64,000 bases of DNA, from NCBI RefSeq assembly GCF_963853765.1, contig NC_088854.1, forward strand, positions 31,434,001 to 31,498,000, written 5' to 3'. A program made the position numbers and the translations under genes. The stretch's first letter is position 1, and every line of letters begins with the position of its first letter. Of this stretch, positions 39,699 through 51,400 are shown piece after piece. This stretch comes from Magallana gigas (lineage: Eukaryota). The notes under the pieces are model-generated. The model saw only the letters and a program-made list of their open reading frames with translations, was not told the origin of the DNA and did no database searches.

Positions 39699-40486
39699 GA
39701 TCTCTCGAAACAACATTGGCAGGGTACGGCCGTCACTAATAACATGCTACCGTCGCTTAACACACCGTATTTTGACCAATTTAGACACAATTTTATTGAA
39801 GGCTTCAGATCACATGTCTTGGTCGGTTTGCTCCCTCCCTCTTTCCCTCCCCCCTTCTTAATCGCTAAAATCTATTTATTACAAATCTCAAATCTTTTGA
39901 CAGTACACATATCTGGTGTCGTAAGAAACAGACGTGGTTTAGGATATACAAGTACTGTTATTATCTAACGTTCTTTGGATCGGAATTTTTAGAGATACTA
40001 TTCCAGGAATAAAAGAACATCTACATGTACTCTTACAAACAGTGAAATCGATATTAGCACTATGTGCATGTTGGTGATAAACTACTAGTACTTAGGGGTG
40101 AATAATTATTTTCAAAACTTTTTATGTTCTCTACTAAAGAGTAAAGAACAATATGGTCCTTTTTTTAAACAATCATTAAGATACAATACAGATGAATTAA
40201 TTTACATATGAAATTTATGCAGAGCAAATGGAAAATAATACAAATGCAAATGGAAAATTAAAGAATAAAAATTGATTAATTGAAATATTAAGTCGACGCA
40301 AGAAACCCTATTCAAAAGGCCAAGCAATCTGATGGAACCATAATCCGTGAATTTAGGTTTCTTTGGAACTTTGAAATTAATACATCCTCTAATACATGCA
40401 CACAAACAATTAAATACTATATTGAATCTTTTAAAAATTTATAGATCAATTGTCTTTTCCTTCCATATCGCGCAAAAACTGTAGCA

Positions 40487-43400
40487 TTAGTCAATGTTTA
40501 TGAAATAGGCCCAATATCCAATGTTGAATGATATGAATAAGAATGGGTAGACAACTCTGAATATGTTCTGTAATTTTCCGTGTTGGATTTGGCAGCAAGG
40601 ACGCTCATCGCCTTCTACAGCCTCAGAGTTCTCCTGCAAAAGAGAGCATTCTTTAAAAAAGCAAGAGGCCCATGGGTCTTCATGGTCACCAAATGTTTAA
40701 ATAAATAGAAAGAAAGCTGGACACTATTAAACTTACATGTAAAATTGAGCGATTTAATGTTTAATTAAATAGATAGACCTGGAATTAGACAATAAACTTT
40801 TTTTGGGATGTAATAGAGGAACAAAGTCGTTTTAGTCCACTTACAATTTTCATAGTGGGTATGAAGGTGTTTTAAAAATTAAATCAATTAAATTTTTCAG
40901 GTTTTTATTACATTGAAAGTGATACTATAGGCACCATCCCATCATGATCTGTTCAACCCTTCAACACATTTCGATTACAGCTGCATTGTTACACATATTA
41001 AACAAAAGAAATACAAAAAAGATAGAAAAATTGAATAAAAACGTTTTTTTTAAATCGGGTTGGTGCATTTTAAAGAGGTTCGTTCCTCTGTTTTTGGGAA
41101 GCCATTTTGGGTCACCTCTTTTCTAGAAATTATGCATCATATATTGATTCTACTCATTAATTCAAATTTTATAATGCCAATTAAACTATCTTAAATAAAA
41201 CAGTAATGGAAAAATAAACATTTACAGAGTTTAGTATGGGACTATATTTTGTGGCGGAGGGTTTTTAAGAAGACAATGCACATTTTTCATAACTCAGTTG
41301 TTTAAGAGTACCGCCATTTTAGCTTCCTTATTTTCAGTCCAAACAAAATTTTCAAATAGTTTGCGCATTAGAATATCATATCTTCATTTTGTTACAAAAA
41401 ACATAATTTTACAATTTTTCAGTATTTCTATCGACCTATATTGGCAAATTTAACTTATATGTCAAGGGAAAATGAATCCCAATTTTTGCCTAAAATCAGC
41501 TTATTTCATGCCATACCGGTATCTCAAATTTTACATAATAGACCCCTACTTTTTGTTTTATTTTTCTGACAAGTTTATCATAATTTGAGAAAAAGTTTGA
41601 CACTTTTAAATAATTTCCTTACATGTTGAATTGGTAATAGATAAAAATAGCGTTTGATCAGTGCAAAAAGGTCAAAATATCAATTAGCTGAAGAAATTGT
41701 AACATTTTTCTTCATGATAATTTTATTTTTATTTATTTGGTGCCATGGTTCATTCTGTTAATAAAATATAGAGGGAAAAGCGATTTATGTGTAGTCTGCA
41801 CTTTCAGTACAGAAAGGTCATATTAAATACACCGTAGCGCCAAATGAAGCATATAGATCCCAAATGTTTGTTTTGAATTTTGGTTAAGCTCTGTGTGTAG
41901 ATTTTTAAAAAATACTTTGGGAAAAAAAACTTTAAGACTTTTGATCGCAGGATCCAACGTCCTTAAGGCATCGTCGCAAAACCTCGACCGTGATTTGAGA
42001 CGATGATTTTAAAGCAAATGTAATCACAGTTTTCGCCTAACTATGAAATTGAAAAGTTGGGCTTAAAAATCACTCGGCACTTGTTCTTCTATTTCTCTAA
42101 AAATTAAGAGATCTGATAATGGTTAAATCTAAGCAACACAGATACAATCCTAAATCTCAGACATCAAAAATCTATATTGAAAACGACTGTTACCTCCGTA
42201 GGACACTTAATTAAATGCTCTGTTTTTCCTGGGGGGTTTTAAATGTTCATATGTCATGTATATGTAAAGTGAATTGCTTAGTAAAACGGTTGCGTACGAT
42301 GATTCATTAATTATAACTGGGGTCGACAAGCAATAGGGTTTTTTTGTACCTGATATTTGCTTTTGGCCTTATCTCTTCTCCTTTTCATGTTATGAACAAC
42401 AGCAAAGACACAAAGTGCCATAATGGTGAATAGCATGCATACTGCAATCCAAATGTCAATGGCCAGCACCCCGTCTAGTCCGTTTCCAATAGAAACCACG
42501 CCCACTAGTTGTGTCACTATGGAGAGAACACATAATACGCCCAGACTGGTGCGCGCGCCGACTTGAGCCTTGTCAATCCACATACTCAGCCATCCCAAGA
42601 TGACGATGAACAAGCTAGGGACGTAGATACGTAATATGTATTGGCTGAAGTCCCTCACTATTCCGACATCGTATTTTAAACAGGGGTACTCATCTGAAGA
42701 AAAAAAATGATATTTTTATGTTGTCTTTATTAATATGTCGTATGCATTTCTGGGACAAAGCCATAGAAATGTAATTACTTGTTGTGTCTTTACAGCTGTT
42801 CTGTTTTATATTTGTAACACTTAACCCTCTGGTAGAAAACTCGCCCTTGTAACGAAAAGGACTCGTCTGGTCCCAAGTCATACTTATTTCTGTTGATGAA
42901 TAGGTATCTGAAAAGTATGTTGTATGTCAATTATAAACAAAAACTACGTGTTAATGTCGATTTTCAAGTGAAGAGTTTTGTTTTAACATTGAATTGGTGT
43001 TTTGGAATATCTGTTTAAAGAAAGTCTTACAACTTTCGACTGTAACTTCGCAAGATTGAGAACCACGGGGAAAACCTTGTGACGTCAGAGGGCATGGCGT
43101 ATTAACAGTCAGTCTGTAAATTTATCATTTATCACATGAACATTGTTAAAGCTAGACTAAGTATTTATGAAACTGTAAATCAATGTCAGCTAGGAGAGTA
43201 AGCATGTAATACATTTGTCTCCAACCTTGTACTTTTGACTAAAGTTCCGTTAGGATAGACGCGTATGAATACATTGGGTTTGGTTACGCTGTGCTGAACT
43301 TCAGATATGGCGTTGCTGATGTAGCTATCTGGCGTCCATATCATCACGTATTTGTCTAGGTCCAGCAAAACGTATTTCCCCGCGAAATTCAGGGAACTGG

Positions 43401-44926
43401 CGTCGTATTGCAGACGAACGTCCTCCCATTTCTGAATCAGATGAAACGACGAGGCAAGCTCCTACTTTTGCAATAAAAAGAAACATGATTGGCCGTTGAC
43501 ATTCTGTTACCATTGACGGCATACAAAATGTGCAAATATTACATCATTTTTTTTGTTCAGAATTTTATATAGTTAGTTGAAAATCCATAGATGATCATAC
43601 TATTGCAAAATTTCTCATCAATTATTTATATGTATAATGCATAGAAATGGTCCAACTGATGAATTGTTGCTATGAAACTGCATGTGAAACTTTAATGCAA
43701 AAAGCAGAGGAATATCGACCAGGAGCTGCACTTAATGTTTGATGTTTCGTTGATCATGATTTTTCCCCTACTTTTTTGCTTTCACTCTCTTTTACGAATA
43801 ACATGACATTTTAAATTGAAGCTTTCTCTACGTTGAAAATTCATCAAATAGAACCATTTGTTGGTAATTGTCGCCTCACGTATTTTCATTCGGTTCAAAA
43901 TGTACTAACAAAATGTCTCTAACAATTTAATCCATCGATTATCGAATAAAAATACTTTTTTTCAATTAATGAATAATACAGTCATAGGCTACTAATATTA
44001 TTTTCAACAAAACGGTAAAAGTTCTACAATGTACTAGTATTATTCAACGGATCGATACAAGTATTAAACTAAATCATGTTATAAATAGAAAATGAACAAG
44101 ATAACACATCCTCACAACGTCAGGGGTCCTGAGTCCACTCGTGGCCGTGAGTGAACTCTGGGCCCCTGACGCTAACATGGGTTATGGGTTTTTTTTGGGG
44201 GGGGGGGGTTTGGGGGGGGGCTTTTTTTTTGGGGGGGGGAGTTGCAATGTCGCCACCTTCATATCCCGAATGAATCACCATAGAAAGTATTTTAGTGTAA
44301 TATAAGTAATCTAAAAATGATTGAAACTTGAAAGGTGCGGTGGTGGAAGGGGGGGGGAGTGTGTGTCAGTCAGTGAGGTCACCTACCGTCAGAGTTACGG
44401 ACTGGATGTAGGTGAACAGAAGCTGGTTCCTAACCTGTGTGATTTGACCTGAAAATGATAAACGACGTGTACACTGAAAGTTTTCAATGTTGAACTTCAT
44501 GGAAAAGAAATATTTCAGATCATGATAGGCAATACGTCTCCACCTTTTCTCATAACTTATACAATTTTAAAATGATACAAACTCTGCTACTATTTTTTTT
44601 TAAAGCACTGTCTCTTTTTCATCGGTCTTCTCCGGTCATTTCTCTTTATATAAATCCGAACCACAAGAAATACAAGGTAATACTAAAACGTGTAAAGAGA
44701 TACCTGTGTGTATCCAAGGTGGTAGGTCGAAGTTACGGCGAGTCAAGTTTGCTTCAAGTTGCTCCCAACTGAAAGATGGTTACTAATTCAGTAATATAAA
44801 AAAGGATGTTTAAAAAAATTATATAATAGAATTTGAAAATGAATTTTGGATTTACCTTGGCAAAGCAGTTAGAGTTCCAAAGACTGAAAAGAAAATGGCA
44901 CGACCTAGATTTTGAGAAACGTGCAT
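40487..44926 (-). CDS. Orphan Cys-loop channel subunit B, tandem paralogue of A, 378 aa
   Basis: Exons 44926-44856, 44768-44704, 44448-44387, 43461-43226, 43113-43031, 42907-42779, 42693-42350, 40633-40487. Exon sizes and phases are identical to A and the frame is open. Confidence 0.92.
44118..44171. repeat. 54-bp GC-rich hairpin in channel B intron 3
   Basis: 24-nt arms, 20/24 complementary, with a 6-nt loop (CGTCAGGGG...CCCCTGACG). Confidence 0.75.
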
Positions 44927-46335
44927 AATGGCTGGTCTGTATAATCTATATTTAAAGTTTATACAGGGATAGAGGGTTCGTGTACATTATTCAGATAACC
45001 ACGCTACACCAAAACTCTCAATATCTTCGAAAGGCTAAGTGTATCTTAAATATTTGATTTTTAAAAATCAATGAAGGATTTAACCTAAAACTAGAGACTT
45101 CTCTCGCCTTATCCACTATTATGATGTAAAATTTGGTGATACGTATAATTGATCATGGATTATTTATTCTGTGAATTTTACTCAAGTGCAAAATAAAAAG
45201 ACTGCCAATATAATATTCCCTTTAGAATTATTTATATGAAATGTCGTTCCAAAGAGCCATCTGGACTGATTTTGAAGAAAAAAAGTTTTAACGAAATATT
45301 TTTTATTAGCATAATATGGAATAATTCTCCAAACCATCCAGTTTTGAGATGATAAAAAAATTCATTGCAAGAATTGCCCTCAATATTATTTTAGCGTTGT
45401 GTTTAAAATACCGAATTTTTCGCTACATTGTAATAACTGACAAGAAAATTATTTAATATCGCAATTTTTTAAAGAAATTGGTCAGGCATACGCGATACTC
45501 AACGTTAACGATATATGCACGTTATTCTGACAATTGATTTCCAATCTTTTTTGTGAATTTTTTTGGTATGTGTCTTTATTTCACGTGTTTGGAACAGTAA
45601 CTGTCGCTAGACCTCGCGGAAATATGTGCAAGTCTGTTTCTCCTTGGTAAAATTTAGTAGAATTGTATGTCTTTTAATTCGTCACTTATATATTGAGTAT
45701 AATAAAGAACCAATAACTGGCCCGTTATTCACAAAGTTATTTCCCGGTACATAGAATTTTCTGCGGATAAGCTGAATTTAACAAGTTTCTCTAAAATAAG
45801 GATTTATAAAACTCCTTAATAACCAATGTATACTGGTACATGTATATGTATATACTTCTGTGTACAAAAACACTGCACGTGTCACTGGGTCTTACAAAAT
45901 TGGGTAAGAGCGATTTATATTATTTACGAATTTAAAATCACAAATTCATTTCCCACTTCCATGTCCTTTGAAAATCTTGTCATTGTCTTAAATTTCACAA
46001 TCAATGTAATATAACAAAAGTTGCAATACTATTCTACAATAATCTATTTTGGTTTCATTTGAAGTTCTATCTTCATAAAGCCAAAATCAGTGGCTATGGG
46101 ACATCTAGTAGGTTTTTCCCTTTCCACCTTTACCAACTTTTCCTTTTACCCCTAATGTTATGCACATAAACCTAGTTACATGAAGCAATGACTGTCATAA
46201 AATTTTAATTTAAAAAAAACCCGACCTGCTATGTCATCGTAAAGACAAGATATATTTCATAAATGTAGCACCTTCTACTTTATTTTGCTTGTAAACGAAG
46301 GTATAGCACACAAATTACATGTGCACAAGTACTTA

Positions 46336-47186
46336 CGACAAGAGGTTCTCGGGCTTTGACGGTCACCTGAGTCCCTTATATCTCTCAGATTAACATGTCA
46401 GAGTCTCATGTTTGCATTTTAAGCTTCATTTTGAAGTCTAATTAAACCCTGATCTGAGACTCCTCTGGCTGTTATCCTGCTTTTATTGTTTGAAAAATAT
46501 TCATTCATAAAAAGGGATGTTGTGTGTTTAAGTGGGAGGTATCTCGGATTATCTGTACCTTAGCTCCAGGGGCCAAAATGTTTAATAACACGAGACCTGC
46601 AGGCCTTAAATATCACTTTTTTTATTACGGTATACTCAAAGTTTTATTCATAATGCACACAAAATGCATGCAGGTTTTTTCCACAGTATACAAAGTACAG
46701 GATATTAAAATTTATTTCATAAAAAAGAAAGCATGTTTAATTCAACATTGCCTTGCCAAGTGACGATATATATAGTTTTCAAGATGAAGTTCAAATTGTT
46801 TACGTGTGACACATAGCAATAACCCAAAGATACATGTTCAATATATGGCCATATTTATCCCCCCCCCCCCTCTATCCTTGACTGTGATAATACAGAAAAT
46901 ATATCCAAACATTTCACTATTCGGCCATATTGGCCACGCCATATAGCCCGAAGACCCTACCCAGGGATCATGAACTTTACAATTTAGGTAGAAATTTAGT
47001 TTTTTTAAGTACATATGGGAGAAGAAATTTTTTTTAAAGATTTTTACTATATGGCCATATTGGCCCTACCCTAGGGCCCGAACCCCTGACACAGGGGTCA
47101 TGGATTTCTTAATTTGGTCAACGGCTTTATAGACGTCATAATCATTCATTTAGATTTTTTTGCAATAGGTCACCTGACCTAAAAAT
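46336..47186. mobile_element. Helentron/HINE-like element carrying Cg170-like satellite monomer remnants
   Basis: Starts ACAAGAGG...GGTCACCTGAG, contains two copies of GGCCATATTGGCC...CCCGAA.CCC..AC.CAGGG.TCATG about 130 bp apart, and ends AATAGGTCACCTGA..CCTAAAAA. These resemble oyster Helentron-type repeats from memory; no search was run. Confidence 0.55.
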
Positions 47187-48486
47187 TACAATAAACAATA
47201 TATATATATTATGTGTTTATTCCATTCTATTCTTGAAAAATGTTTACAAATATTATCGGTGGATACAAGATCTACATGCAAGTCAAATATTTTATTCGGT
47301 CTACAAAGATTATTTACAACCTAAAATCAACAGGAAGAAAATCTCCACATCTTGATTCCACACAAATGAATAGTTTCAAACAGTGACAACAGAATTCAAT
47401 TCTTTATATCAAATAATTTCACAAGACAATACTCTAGTTTATAGCAAAATTGAAGTGTTTGATCCATGTTTAAATTTTCATACATCTCTAACAATAAATT
47501 GATGAATACACAGGAATGTTTTATACATATTCCCATCTCAACCCCCACCCCCATCCCGAATCTCTCATACATTAACAAAACAAAGAAACCAGAAGACTCA
47601 ATGAAAAACATATGTAAATGGATTATATCCATAAACTGATAAAATACTTGTTGAAACAATAAAACGATTGTGAGGCAGGTAGCGTGGATTTTATCTCATC
47701 CGATTGATACAGCATTAATGTAGATTTTGCTTTTAGACAAAAAAGTCTACGCCCATCCATATCCTTAGATTCTCTCCCCCTGGACAATAAAAATACTTGA
47801 ACGATTTCCATGTAACATATACAAGATTAAGGAGATTAACATTATGCAAATATTACTTCAAATCCTTGCTTACAACAATCTAGTGGTCATAGTTTTTTGT
47901 ACTTTGTACACCTTTCACCAAAGCTTGTTCACTGTCAGCTATAAATCCTTGACACAGTTTTCACAAAACTCATCACAGACACAAAATGACTTCAAACTGC
48001 AATATAATTCTATCTGCATTGTACAAGAGGGTATTTCATTCAATCTGATCAAAAATAGACCATGCTAAAGTAAAACGAATTTGTGCCAAAATGACATTAA
48101 AATCCATCAAAAATACCCGAACAAACCCACTCACCAACAATTTTCAACATGATTATAGGAGTGTCGATACCAAGTTAACATGATAAAATCTTACAACACA
48201 CATTATTATGCACAACAATATGATTTTGTTCTTCAGCAACTTTTCACTTTCAAATTTCATAATCAATTGTACAAAAAAACTTTTTTTCTCATAGGAATAA
48301 AAAAAAAGTCCAACTAGTCAACCAGAAATTTGTCTCAAGGAAAAATACCCTCAACTTTCATTCATCAAATTCTTTCTCACAATAAAAACTGGGGCTTTTT
48401 TAAATGTCCTAGAGTGATATATTCATCATTTTCATGCAAACCACAGACAAACACCAACAAAAGACAGTGGAATCACTGGGCTCCTT

Positions 48487-51400
48487 CTACTGCTGCTGAA
48501 TTTCAGTGAACACCTGCTCCCCTTCGGCTGGCTGGGCTTGGTCAGGCTGCTGCATGATGTACTGCACAGTTCCGTCCTGGTCAACAATGGCGTGGGTCGC
48601 GTTCTCGGTCCCATCGGCACTCTGTACGATGATGATGGTCTCCTGGCCAGCATCATTCTGTAGCGTGGTCAGGGCCTGTCCAGACAGGATCTGGGACGGG
48701 TCACTCACAACAGCTGTGTGGTAGTCCCCTTCTGCTCCAGCCACTGTCACATAGGTCTGTCCTTCAGCAATCTGTTCATGAATGCAAAACATGTTTTGTG
48801 TATATGTGTACAGTTAACAAATTTAATATTTAGATACAAGCAAAAAAGATTTATGAGAATATATCAAGGATTCAATTATTCATTCTAACAAAAAAGTTGA
48901 CATTTCGTGAAATTGGCTGAAAGGAAATTACCTCTCCTTCCTGTTCTTCTTCCTCCTCTTCTTCAGAATCGTCCAAGAGATCATCTTCCTCTACTTCTTC
49001 AGTCAGCTCAAACTTCCTGATGATGGCCTGAGCCGCCTCGCCAGCAGTGACATGGATGCGGCCTATGTGTTCCAGAAGCATCTTCTTCCTCTTGAATGTC
49101 TCGTGGCACATATCACACTGGTAGGGCGACAGCTTCTTGTGAACCAGCTGAATGTGGGACATAAGGTTGGACTTGTTGTTGAAGCATCTGCCACAGTCTC
49201 CACACTTGTGTGGCTTTTCTCCAGTGTGGATTAACATGTGGCGATCCACATGATATTTCTTAGTGAATCTTTTTTCACACACTGAGCAGATAAAGATTTT
49301 TTGATTGGGTGATTTCCAGCCTTCGTGGACTCTCTTAGTGTGTCCTATCAGTGCTCCAAGGGTCTTGAATGCAGCCTTGCAAGTAGTGCAGAGATACTGC
49401 CTTGTGTGAAGATGCATTCCTTTTAAATGCGTATTCAGGTTTCCTCTGAACGCAGAAGCATAGTCACAATGAGGGCATTTGTAGGGCTTACGTCCAGAGT
49501 GGACAGTTCTCATGTGCGAACTCATTCCTGTCTTGAGCACCACCTTTCCACAGATTGGACATGGAATTTGCATTCTGTTTTGCTGGTGAAGCTCCATATG
49601 CCTCTTGATGTTCTTGGCCACTTTGCCACATTCAGGGCACTGCTCTCCTTCTTCCACAGAGCCTTGGACTGAAACTCTCATGATCTTTTCTCTCCACTTG
49701 GCATTTCTCATCTCCTCTTCATAATCAGTCTCATCTTTGTGTTTCCCCTTAATGTGTTTTACCAATCCAATAAAAGCTTTGTCACAGAAAGGACAATTAA
49801 GGGCTTCCTCTGTATTCCGTATACCTCTTCTTTTGTTCTCCATTTCTTCGAACAACCCTACATCCTCTTCCCTTTTCCCTCTCCTCTTCTTTGGGGAATC
49901 AAAATCTTCATCAATACTTGTCTCCATATCTTGAGCTATGGGACCTATCTTTTTCTTCTTCAGTTTAGGATCTGTTTGTGTCAAGACCGATCGTTTACCA
50001 GGAGATTCCTCAATCAATTCAACTTCTACAAAATTTGTTTGAGTGCCTTGAGAGTCTTTTGCTGATCCAGGCTGTGCGGTCATGATGTTGTCAATGTCAA
50101 TTTGATCGAAGTCATAGACATCACCAGTTTGAAGAGAACTTTGGTTGGGATCTTTTAACAAAGAACTCTTGGAAGTGGATGGCCCTGCTTCAGACTGCTC
50201 GAATTTAATAGAAGCAACATTTGGTCCAGTGGAGGCATCAGATGTAGTAGTTTCAGTTGTCTGCCCTTTCTGTTTCTTCGCAGGAGTGGGTGCGTCATCA
50301 GTTGTGGTTTCCTGAGATTCAGTGTCATCATCTCCTCTGCTGCGTTTTTTAGATAATGTGGCAGTGACAGTTGGTGTTCTTTTGGGAGTTTTTTCTTCAG
50401 TGTCTACTTTTCTTGGTCTTCCTCTTCCTTTAGGAGTTTTATCATCTGCAGACTTTGGGGGTCTGCCTCTCCTTTTCTTTGTTTCCTCAAACTCCTCCTC
50501 TTCTTCTTCATCTTCACTTAGTTCAATTGGTACATCATCCACTTCCATTTCTAAATCTTCATCTTTGTATGTACTCTGGTTCTTTTTTCCTCTGCCACGT
50601 CTCTTAGTTTCACTGCTGGGAGTTTCTGGCTCCTCTTTCATGGTTTTTCTTGTTATTTTTGGAGTAGATTCAACATCGCTGTCAGTTTGCTTTTTGGGAC
50701 GACCTCTTCCACGTTTGGCAGACTTAGGTTCCTCATTTTCAACCTCCTCTTCCTCTTCATCAACAGTTTCTTTAGCTTGTCTTTTGGGTCTACCTCTTCC
50801 CTTCCTAACTGGCTCTTCATCTCCTTGAGCCTTCTTCTTAGGTCTTCCTCTACCTTTCTTTACAGGTTCTTCTTTTTCTATCTCTTCATCATCTTCAACC
50901 ATTTCTTCTTCCTCTTCTACCTCCTCCTCCTGCTCTTCTTCTTCATCCTCCTCTTCCTCCTCTTGAACTTGCTTCTTTGGTCTTCCTCTACCACGCCTTC
51001 CAGATTTTACAACAGGTGTGGTTTCCTCCACTTCTGATTGATTTTTCTTGGGTCTACCTCTACCTTTTGATGGGGTTACTTCATCTGTGCTGTCTTCAAC
51101 AGTTGTATCTTTTAGAGAAGACTTGCGTCCTCTCTTTTTTGGTTCAGATTCATTCAAAACTGGAGTGGATTTACTCTCCTTTGGAGGTCTTCCACGCCCT
51201 CTAGATTTGGGTTCAGGTGTCTCTGAAACAGATGTATCTTTATCAGACTCCGCGGCAGTAGACCTCCTACCTCTTCCTCTGGTTGGCTGCTCAATTTCCT
51301 GAACACCTTCATCAGAACTTTGTTGCTCCTCCTCCACCTCTTCAATATTTTGATTTCCTTTTCCACTACGCTTGGGGTAAGACTTGGTGGGTGCTTCTAC

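Noticed and set aside
36664-44926. Calling the channel genes GLRA or GluCl, or treating them as an assembly haplotype duplicate
   Set aside because: Key agonist-binding residues are absent, so no symbol was given. The introns do not align and exon 6 is strongly diverged, so they are true paralogues.
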